From positions 90,501-114,500 of the forward strand of contig CAMENZ010000003.1 in NCBI GenBank assembly GCA_945928865.1: 24,000 nucleotides of DNA, read 5' to 3'. Under the pieces are notes generated by a model. That model searched no databases and was not told the origin of the DNA. It was given only the letters and a program-made list of their open reading frames with translations. This document shows, piece by piece, positions 16,506 through 24,000 of this stretch (positions are counted from its first letter, which is position 1; every line of letters starts with the position of its first letter). The stretch is from an uncultured Clostridia bacterium. GTDB lineage: Bacteria > Bacillota > Clostridia > Peptostreptococcales > Anaerovoracaceae. A program made the translations under genes and the position numbers.

Positions 16506-19109
16506 ATGAAGTTATCGCCAATGATGTCGCAGTATATGTCCATAAAGGAACAATATCAAGACTGCATTCTTTTCTTCAGGCTGGGCGATTTTTATGAAAT
16601 GTTTTTTGAAGATGCTAAGATAGCATCTAAAGAATTAGAATTAACTTTAACAGGAAAAAACTGCGGACAGGAAGAGAGGGCACCAATGTGTGGTGTCCCT
16701 TTCCACGCAGCTGAAAGTTATATTGCCAAAATGGTAGAAAAGGGATATAAAGTTGCTATTTGTGAGCAAACAGAAGACCCTGCACAAGCAAAAGGAATTG
16801 TGAAAAGAGAAGTAATAAGAATTGTTACTCCCGGTACAGTAACTTCACAAGCCCTTTTACATGAAAGAGAAAATAATTATTTAGCCACAGTATATGCTAA
16901 CGAAAGTGCCATGTCTGTGGCTTATTGTGATATATCAACAGGAGAACTTTATACTACAGAGTATAAAGGTGAAAATGTATATGCTACGCTCCTGAATGAA
17001 TTGGTTAAAATTAAACCTAAAGAAATTTTAATAAATAGTGATTTTGAAACTGTATATCCATTGGATGAAATCAGATATGTTACGGAAGCATATATAAGTG
17101 AAAAGGATGAAACCTATTATTCTGAAAAAGCTGGAGAACAATTGATCAAAGCTCAATTTAACTGTTTATCTTTAAACAGCTTAGGTTTAGATTTTAGACC
17201 ATTTACGGTGTTAACAGTTGGAGCACTACTTACTTATTTAATTGAAACTCAAAAACAAAATTTAAAACATATTACCCAAATTAATATTTATGAAATTGGT
17301 AAACAAATGGCTTTAGATAAAGCCACTATTCGTAATTTAGAAATTACAGAGACCTTATATGATAAAAAAGTACAAGGTTCCTTACTTGGTGTTTTAGATA
17401 AGACACATACGGCTATGGGAAGCCGTAAAATGCTTAAATGGTTAAGAGAACCTTTGAATGATGCCTATGCTATAAATAAGAGATTAGATGGCGTGGAAGA
17501 ACTGTATTCTCAGCTTTTAATAAGGAATAACCTAAAAGAAGCGCTAAAGGCAATTTATGATTTTGAAAGGTTAGCCGGTAGAGTCGGATGCGGCAATGCC
17601 AATGGTAAAGATTTAATAGCCTTAAAAAATTCTATTGCAGTATTACCTGATATTAAGCTCACTCTTGAAGGGACAAAATCTGAAATTTTAAAGGAAATTA
17701 ATGAGAATATACATTCTCTGGATAATATATATGATAAAATCGATTCGGCTATTAATGAAGAACCCTCTTTCCTAATTAAAGAAGGGGGATTAATAAAAGA
17801 AGGATATTCTCAAGCTTTAGATGACTTAAAATTTTCTATAAAAGATGGTAAGGAATGGATAGCAAATTTAGAAGCTGTAGAGAGAGAAAAAACAGGAATC
17901 AGGACTTTAAAAGTAGGCTTTAATAGGGTATTTGGCTATTATTTAGAAGTAAGTAAGTCCTTTGTTTCCTCTGTTCCTGATACATATATTAGAAAACAGA
18001 CTTTAACTACAGGTGAAAGATATATAACTCCTGAACTTAAAGAAATGGAAAACTTAGTTCTTAATGCTGAAGCTAAGATTAATCAAATGGAATACGACTT
18101 ATTTACTCAAATACGAGACTATATTCAGGGTTACATAAAAGAAATACAAGAAACTTCAGCTGCTATTGCAACCTTAGATGTATTAACATCCTTTGCCCAT
18201 ATAAGTGATAAGTTAGGATATGTTAAACCTATTATAGATGAATCTATGGAAATAGAAATAATAAAGGGGCGACATCCTGTAATAGAACAGTCTGTTTCAG
18301 ATGGGCTATTCGTTTCTAATGATACATATATAAATAATAAAGAAGAATCTATGCTTCTCATAACCGGTCCTAATATGGCAGGAAAGTCAACTTATATGCG
18401 ACAGATCGCTTTAATAGTATTGATGGCTCAGGCAGGCTGTTTTGTGCCTTGTGAGATGGCTAAAATTGGTGTGGTAGATAGAATATTTACCAGAATCGGA
18501 GCTTCTGATAATTTAGCACAGGGACAATCTACATTTTTTGTAGAAATGAGTGAATTATCATATATTTTGAATACTGCTGAAAGTAGAAGTCTCATTATTT
18601 TAGACGAAATAGGAAGAGGTACTTCAACTTATGATGGATTATCTATTGCTTGGGCGGTAGTAGAGTATTTATGTAATGAAAACACTCATATTAGAACCTT
18701 ATTTGCTACCCATTATCATGAACTTACAGCTTTGGAAAAAGAAAATACCGGAGTAAAAAATCTTACGGTAGATGTAGCAGAAGAAAATGGTAATATTATT
18801 TTTCTACATAAAATAGTAGAAGGTTCCGCATCAAGAAGTTATGGTATTCATGTGGCTAAATTGGCAGGTATTCCAAGAAAACTTTTAGACAAAGCACAAT
18901 TTAAGTTAGATGAGTTGGAACAAGGAGAAAAAGTTTCTACAAGCAAAATCCATGTAGATGGAGATTTTGTTAATGAAACTCAATTATCAATGTTAGAACT
19001 TATTCCTAATCCTGTTATTGAAAAAATAAAAAAAATAAATCTAATGGAATTAACACCTTCACAAGCTTTGAAGGTTATAGAAGAATTAAAGGAAAATATC
19101 AATGATTAG
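16506..19109 (+). CDS. mutS: DNA mismatch repair protein MutS
   Basis: 867 aa. N-terminal mismatch-binding region is PMMSQYMSIKEQYQDCILFFRLGDFYEMFFEDA. Walker A is ITGPNMAGKSTYMRQ, followed by STF..EM and DEIGRGTSTYDGLSIA. Confidence 0.95.
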   Translation: MKLSPMMSQYMSIKEQYQDCILFFRLGDFYEMFFEDAKIASKELELTLTGKNCGQEERAPMCGVPFHAAESYIAKMVEKGYKVAICEQTEDPAQAKGIVKREVIRIVTPGTVTSQALLHERENNYLATVYANESAMSVAYCDISTGELYTTEYKGENVYATLLNELVKIKPKEILINSDFETVYPLDEIRYVTEAYISEKDETYYSEKAGEQLIKAQFNCLSLNSLGLDFRPFTVLTVGALLTYLIETQKQNLKHITQINIYEIGKQMALDKATIRNLEITETLYDKKVQGSLLGVLDKTHTAMGSRKMLKWLREPLNDAYAINKRLDGVEELYSQLLIRNNLKEALKAIYDFERLAGRVGCGNANGKDLIALKNSIAVLPDIKLTLEGTKSEILKEINENIHSLDNIYDKIDSAINEEPSFLIKEGGLIKEGYSQALDDLKFSIKDGKEWIANLEAVEREKTGIRTLKVGFNRVFGYYLEVSKSFVSSVPDTYIRKQTLTTGERYITPELKEMENLVLNAEAKINQMEYDLFTQIRDYIQGYIKEIQETSAAIATLDVLTSFAHISDKLGYVKPIIDESMEIEIIKGRHPVIEQSVSDGLFVSNDTYINNKEESMLLITGPNMAGKSTYMRQIALIVLMAQAGCFVPCEMAKIGVVDRIFTRIGASDNLAQGQSTFFVEMSELSYILNTAESRSLIILDEIGRGTSTYDGLSIAWAVVEYLCNENTHIRTLFATHYHELTALEKENTGVKNLTVDVAEENGNIIFLHKIVEGSASRSYGIHVAKLAGIPRKLLDKAQFKLDELEQGEKVSTSKIHVDGDFVNETQLSMLELIPNPVIEKIKKINLMELTPSQALKVIEELKENIND

Positions 19110-20985
19110 GATTTTAGATAAAAGTATTGCTGATAAAATTGCAGCGGGTGAAGTAATAGAAAGACCTATTTCTATTATAAAAGAATTGGTTGAAAATGCT
19201 CTGGATGCAGGTGCAGATTCTATTACTTGTGAAATAAAAAATGGTGGTAAAACCTATATAAGAGTTACCGATAATGGTTCCGGAATTAAGCCGGAAGAAG
19301 TTAAAAAAGCTTTTTTACGACATGCCACTAGTAAAATAGAGTCCCTTAGGGATTTAGATGAAATTTATACCTTAGGTTTTAGAGGTGAGGCTTTAGCATC
19401 TATTGCTGCAGTTACGAGAACAGAACTGATTACAAAGGTAAGGGAATCTAAAACCGGTTCCAAGATTATACTGCATGGAGGTGAAGTTATAGAAGAAACA
19501 GCAACAGGTTGTCCTGATGGTACAACTATAATTGTTACTGATTTATTTTATAATACACCTGCCAGATTAAAGTTTTTAAAAAATGATGGAGCTGAAAGTG
19601 GGTTGATTATAGATTTTATGTCTCAAATAGCATTAGCTTACAAAGATATAAAATTTAGATTTATTAATAATGGTAATATATTATTTTCTACTAATGGCGA
19701 TGGGAATAGATTAAATACTATTATGAGGATTTTCAAAGATGTAGAACCTAAAAATATGGTTCCTATAGATTATAAATCTGATAAAATGGCTATAGAAGGC
19801 TGGGTATCTACACCTGCAATGAGTAGAACTAACAGAGGTAGTCAAATTTTCTTTGTAAATGGCAGAGTAGTAAAAAGTAAGGTTTTAGAAAAAGCTGTAA
19901 ATTTAGCTTATAGAGAAAGATTATTTGAAGGTAGATATCCGGTAGTCTATATTTTTCTTAATACTTCACCTTTGGATTTAGATGTAAATATTCATCCTAA
20001 TAAAAGAGAGATAAGATTTAACAAAGAAGATAAAATTATAAGTTTTGTATCAAAAGGGATTGTGGATGCCTTAAATACTGAAACGGCAATGGTTAAAGCA
20101 TCTAATTTATTTAAAGAAGATACGAATAAAACTATATTTAAAGATGAAAATAAAATAGAATTTTATAAAGAAAAAAGAGAAGAAGAACAACAAGTTGACA
20201 TAAAATCATTATTGTCAAAGATAGAAAATAAATCAACGGAAGTTAAAGAAGTTAAAAATACTTATGATGAAATTAGTATAATTCATAATAGATCTACATC
20301 AAATATACCGATAATAGAAAATATATTGGAAACAATTCCTATGGATAGTGAAAAAGAGGAGTATCATAAGGTTGAACTAACCATAGAACAACCTGTACTT
20401 AAACCTTTTGATTTTGATGAGTTAGAAATTACAGGTGTACTTTTTAACACATATGTTACAGGTGTTATTAATGATACATTTTATATGATAGATCAACATG
20501 CCGCTCAGGAAAGAATTTTTTATGAACAGCTAGTTGGAGAGTATTTAACTTCTAATAAGGCTAAACAATATATAATGATGCCAATTATGATTAATCTTCC
20601 GTTAAGCAAGGCTATAGACAATGAAAATTGGCTAGCAGCCTTAGAAAATATGGGCTTTACCATAGATGAATTTGGCTCCGGTACTTATAAGATATCAGAA
20701 ATTCCTTTATTTATGGATTTAAAAGAAGCAGAAGATTTCGTTAATAATTTTATAGATAATATTAAAGAGTCTACAGATTTTACAAACAGAGTAGTGGTGG
20801 ATAAACTTATAATGATGTCATGTAAGGCTGCTATTAAAGCTAACGATGTATTGAAATCAGAAGAAATCACAGCTCTTATAAAGGATTTATCAAATTGTAA
20901 AAATCCTTTTAGTTGCCCTCATGGCAGACCTACTTTTATAAAATTAAGTAGATATGAAATAGAAAAAATGTTTAAGAGAGTTTAA
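19102..20985 (+). CDS. mutL: DNA mismatch repair endonuclease MutL
   Basis: 627 aa. GHKL ATPase motifs are AAGEVIERP.S..KELVENALDAG, DNGSGI, and LGFRGEAL. C-terminal endonuclease motifs are DQHAAQERIFYE, SCKAAIKAN, and CPHGRPT. It overlaps mutS by 8 nt. Confidence 0.95.
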   Translation: MIRILDKSIADKIAAGEVIERPISIIKELVENALDAGADSITCEIKNGGKTYIRVTDNGSGIKPEEVKKAFLRHATSKIESLRDLDEIYTLGFRGEALASIAAVTRTELITKVRESKTGSKIILHGGEVIEETATGCPDGTTIIVTDLFYNTPARLKFLKNDGAESGLIIDFMSQIALAYKDIKFRFINNGNILFSTNGDGNRLNTIMRIFKDVEPKNMVPIDYKSDKMAIEGWVSTPAMSRTNRGSQIFFVNGRVVKSKVLEKAVNLAYRERLFEGRYPVVYIFLNTSPLDLDVNIHPNKREIRFNKEDKIISFVSKGIVDALNTETAMVKASNLFKEDTNKTIFKDENKIEFYKEKREEEQQVDIKSLLSKIENKSTEVKEVKNTYDEISIIHNRSTSNIPIIENILETIPMDSEKEEYHKVELTIEQPVLKPFDFDELEITGVLFNTYVTGVINDTFYMIDQHAAQERIFYEQLVGEYLTSNKAKQYIMMPIMINLPLSKAIDNENWLAALENMGFTIDEFGSGTYKISEIPLFMDLKEAEDFVNNFIDNIKESTDFTNRVVVDKLIMMSCKAAIKANDVLKSEEITALIKDLSNCKNPFSCPHGRPTFIKLSRYEIEKMFKRV

Positions 20986-20989
20986 TAAT

Positions 20990-21913
20990 ATGAGTAGAAT
21001 TATTGTAGTTGCAGGTCCTACAGCTGTTGGAAAAACTAAATATGCTATTGAAATAGCTCGAAGATTCAATGGGGAAATTGTATCCTGTGACTCAATGCAG
21101 CTATATAAATATATGAATATAGGTAGTGCTAAGCCAAGTTTGCAAGAACAAAATTTAGTAAAGCATTATTTAATTGATACTATTGACCCTAGAAAAGAAT
21201 TTTCTGTGGCAGAATATCAAACTTTAGCTAAAAATGCCATAAATGAAATCTTACAAAAAGGCAAAACTCCTATAATCAGTGGTGGAACAGGGCTTTATCT
21301 TAATTCAATTTTATATGAAATGACTTTTAGTGAAGTATATAAGGATAATGAATTAAGAAAAACTCTATATTCAGATTTTGAAAGAGAAGGAAAGGATGCA
21401 CTTTATGAAAGGCTTAAGGCCTTAGACTCAAAGGCTGCAGAACGTATTCATCCTAATAATGTGATAAAGGTCATAAGAGCCTTAGAGGCGGCAATTAAAG
21501 GTAATGGCATTGATGATTTCCAATCTTGTCAATTAAAAACTAAAGACTATGAACCTATTTTAATTGGGCTTAATAGAGAGAGAAGCCAGTTATATGAACG
21601 CATAAATATGAGAGTTGATATGATGGTAGAAGAAGGCTTGTTTAAAGAAGTTCAGGAAATTTTATACTTAGGGTTAAAAGCTTCTGATATTTCTATGAAA
21701 GGCATTGGCTATAAAGAAGTTATATCATATTTAGAAGGTGAAATAACCTACGAAGATGCTATAGATTTAATTAAGAAGAATAGTAGGCATTTAGCTAAGC
21801 GTCAACTTACATGGTTTAAACGATATGAAGATATGAAATGGTTTAATATCAGTGAATATCAATCAGATGAGGACGCTATAGAGGATATATTAAAATGGAT
21901 AGCAAAACTATAA
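20990..21913 (+). CDS. miaA: tRNA dimethylallyltransferase
   Basis: 307 aa. P-loop is VVAGPTAVGKTK, followed by SCDSMQLYKYMNIGSAKP, SGGTGLY and HLAKRQLTWF. Confidence 0.93.
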   Translation: MSRIIVVAGPTAVGKTKYAIEIARRFNGEIVSCDSMQLYKYMNIGSAKPSLQEQNLVKHYLIDTIDPRKEFSVAEYQTLAKNAINEILQKGKTPIISGGTGLYLNSILYEMTFSEVYKDNELRKTLYSDFEREGKDALYERLKALDSKAAERIHPNNVIKVIRALEAAIKGNGIDDFQSCQLKTKDYEPILIGLNRERSQLYERINMRVDMMVEEGLFKEVQEILYLGLKASDISMKGIGYKEVISYLEGEITYEDAIDLIKKNSRHLAKRQLTWFKRYEDMKWFNISEYQSDEDAIEDILKWIAKL

Positions 21914-23022
21914 AAATTCATAATAAAAGTGATAAACCTGATAATCTAGTAAAAAAAGAAAATGATCTCTATTTAGAATGTGAAGCTATTGAAAAGGCTT
22001 TACCCAGTTTTTTGCGTGGCTTTTTTATTTATTTAAAGGGAAATGTACTGCTTAAAACCAGATTAGCCTATCTGGGTGATGTTAAATTTTTTTTACAATA
22101 TTTAATTGAAGAAACAGATTTAACTGATGCACAGTCTTTAAATAAAATAAAAATTGAGGATTTAGAAGAAATTAAAGCTGTAGATGTGAACATTTTTATA
22201 GATTATTGCAGAAAATATAAAGTAGAAAAAGCTGATACAATCTATATTTATGAAAATTCAAGCAAATCATTAGCGAGAAAAAAATCTTCAATTTCAGTTA
22301 TGTTTAAATATCTTTATAGAGACGGTTTAATTTCTAAAAATATTACAGATGGGTTTGACCCTATTAGAGTTCCTAAAGCAGGAGAGCGTGAAATAAAAGC
22401 TTTACAAGATGATGAGGTAATGCTTATGTTAGATGCTGTAACAGTAGGGTATGGACTGACAGAACATGAAAAAGCTTACTGGGAAAAGACTAAAAAGAGA
22501 GATAAAGCAGTTCTTATCATATTTCTTACTTATGGACTTAGATTATCAGAACTTCAACAGCTTAATCTTTCTTCTTTTAATTTTAATAGAGGAGAATTTA
22601 AGATTTATAGAAAAAGAGGTAAAGAATCTATAATGCCAATGAATAAATCTGTTACAGAAGTTTTATATGATTATATAGATAATGAAAGATTACCGGATGA
22701 CAAAATCCAAACAGAAGATAAGGATGCTTTGTTCTTATCTTTACAGGGAAAACGAATGACGGATAGGCAGATAAGAGAATTAGTTAAGAAATATACTTCT
22801 ATTGCTCTAAAAACTAGTCGTAAAGCCGGTTATAGTCCTCATAAACTTAGAGCTACAGCTGCGACCAGTTTAATAGGAAGAGGCAATTCTATCTTTGATG
22901 TGGCTGCCTTACTGGATCATGAACAAGTTACTACAACCCAGCTATATGCTCAACATAAAATAAATGTTAAAAGAGATTTAGTAAAAGATATGGAATGGGA
23001 AGAAGAAAGGAAAGAGAAATAA
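21895..23022 (+). CDS. Tyrosine site-specific recombinase (Xer/integrase family, long N-terminal domain)
   Basis: 375 aa with a complete catalytic set: Arg in YGLRLSEL, beta-hairpin Lys in YRKRGKES, HKLRATAAT (H-x-x-R), and LLDHEQVTTTQLY (His plus the nucleophile Tyr). The start overlaps miaA by 19 nt, and the stop abuts the next ATG (TAAATG). Confidence 0.88.
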   Translation: MDSKTIKIHNKSDKPDNLVKKENDLYLECEAIEKALPSFLRGFFIYLKGNVLLKTRLAYLGDVKFFLQYLIEETDLTDAQSLNKIKIEDLEEIKAVDVNIFIDYCRKYKVEKADTIYIYENSSKSLARKKSSISVMFKYLYRDGLISKNITDGFDPIRVPKAGEREIKALQDDEVMLMLDAVTVGYGLTEHEKAYWEKTKKRDKAVLIIFLTYGLRLSELQQLNLSSFNFNRGEFKIYRKRGKESIMPMNKSVTEVLYDYIDNERLPDDKIQTEDKDALFLSLQGKRMTDRQIRELVKKYTSIALKTSRKAGYSPHKLRATAATSLIGRGNSIFDVAALLDHEQVTTTQLYAQHKINVKRDLVKDMEWEEERKEK

Positions 23023-24000
23023 ATGAATTTAACTAATAAGTATTTACAAGAAAATTTTAATATAGATGAAAAAGTGTTGGAATTAGTTGAAAATTCTGAA
23101 AAAGAAGTCTTGAAAGAATTTCAAAGAATTGATGATATTATGGCATACAATCAATATAAAGTTTTAGCTGCTTTTCAAAAAAATAGAATCAGTGATACAC
23201 ATTTTAACTGGAGAACAGGTTATGGCTATGATGACATGGGAAGAGAAGTTTTAGAAAAAACTTATGCTGATATTTTAGGTGCTGAGGCTGCTTTAGTTAG
23301 GCCTACTATTGTAAATGGAACCCATGCGTTGGCTATTACACTTTTAGGTATTTTAAGACCAGGTGATGAACTCATATATTGCACAGGAGCTCCATATGAT
23401 ACATTAGAAGAAGTAATCGGTATTGCCGGTGAAGATGGAAATGGTTCCCTAAAGGATTATGGTGTTACATATAAGCAGGTAGAATTATTACCTGATGGAA
23501 CTATAGATTTTGAAGGGTTAAAATCTGCTATTTCTGAAAAAACTAAAATGGTTACTTTACAAAGAGCTACAGGTTATGGTTGGAGAAAAGCTATTACAAT
23601 AGATAAAATTAAGGCATGGGTGGATTTTGTTAAAGATATTAATCCTAATATTGTAAAAATGGTAGACAATAGTTATGGTGAATTTTTAGATACTGTGGAG
23701 CCTACAAATGTTGGGGCAGATGTAATGGCAGCTTCACTTATTAAAAATCCAGGTGGTGGCTTAGCTCTCACAGGAGCGTATGTAGCCGGCAGGAAAGATT
23801 TAATAGATAAAATTCAGTATAGAATGACTTGTCCAGGTATAGGTGGTGAATGTGGACTTACTTTTGGTCAAACCAGAACTATGTTTCAAGGATTATTCCA
23901 AAGTCCTAAAGTCGTAAACGGAGCTGTTAGAGGTGCTATTTTATGCGGTAAAGCTTATGAAAAATTGGGATTTGAAGTTTGTCCTAAAGCTGAAGATAAA
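23023..24000 (+). CDS. YnbB / 'aluminium resistance protein' family PLP-dependent protein (Met_gamma_lyase-like), 5' part only; continues beyond the window
   Basis: This is my own translation, because the ORF has no stop in the window and is not in the ORF track: MNLTNKYLQENFNIDEKVLELVENSEKEVLKEFQRIDDIMAYNQYKVLAAFQKNRISDTHFNWRTGYGYDDMGREVLEKTYADILGAEAALVRPTIVNGTHALAITLLGILRPGDEL... The frame stays open to base 24000. The pattern is typical of this family. Confidence 0.8.
   Translation, partial: MNLTNKYLQENFNIDEKVLELVENSEKEVLKEFQRIDDIMAYNQYKVLAAFQKNRISDTHFNWRTGYGYDDMGREVLEKTYADILGAEAALVRPTIVNGTHALAITLLGILRPGDELIYCTGAPYDTLEEVIGIAGEDGNGSLKDYGVTYKQVELLPDGTIDFEGLKSAISEKTKMVTLQRATGYGWRKAITIDKIKAWVDFVKDINPNIVKMVDNSYGEFLDTVEPTNVGADVMAASLIKNPGGGLALTGAYVAGRKDLIDKIQYRMTCPGIGGECGLTFGQTRTMFQGLFQSPKVVNGAVRGAILCGKAYEKLGFEVCPKAEDK

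Noticed and set aside
19021-19040. Homopolymeric A tracts (A6-T-A8) inside the 3' end of mutS, considered as a possible slipped-strand mutator switch.
   Set aside because: A8 runs also occur in other genes of this AT-rich window, for example in the Asp23-family gene near 8960. This one encodes an ordinary EKIKKINL segment only about 25 codons from the C-terminus. Nothing suggests phase variation without population sequencing.
21895-23022. Interpretation of the tyrosine recombinase as the integrase of a prophage, ICE or genomic island.
   Set aside because: The gene has no flanking intergenic DNA, direct repeats, tRNA target, or excisionase or phage cargo. It overlaps miaA and abuts the next conserved housekeeping gene, so a mobile-element boundary at this site is not supported within this window.

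Overview
This is an AT-rich, tightly packed housekeeping region of a low-GC Firmicute. Every supportable gene is on the plus strand. Gene content and order resemble Clostridia/Tissierellia, and they resemble two Bacillus subtilis clusters: yrrL-yrrM-yrrN/O and yqhY-nusB-(folD)-xseA-xseB-ispA-dxs-yqxC.

Gene order: leuS (3' fragment), RNase J, a YheA/YlbF-family protein, efp, mltG, a YrrM/TrmR-like O-methyltransferase, a U32 (TrhP-like) protein, a CorC-like CBS protein, pta, a 584-bp ORF-free gap, an Asp23-family protein, nusB, a divergent TsaD/Kae1-like protein, xseA, xseB, ispA, dxs, tlyA, a class-I aminotransferase, mutS, mutL, miaA, a long tyrosine recombinase, and the 5' part of a YnbB/aluminium-resistance-family PLP protein.

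I found no rRNA, tRNA, CRISPR array, transposon, prophage or recognisable defence island, and I cannot honestly point to a clear novel multi-gene system.

The items worth a second look are modest:
- The 8129-8712 gap. It holds a duplicated inverted-repeat element and a possible structured RNA with mutually exclusive antiterminator and terminator pairings.
- The divergent TsaD-like paralog, which sits where folD sits in Bacillus.
- The 375-aa tyrosine recombinase, which is translationally coupled to miaA in the position usually occupied by hfq.

I adjusted several ORF-track starts on RBS and homology grounds: efp, xseB and ispA, with the tlyA start left uncertain.
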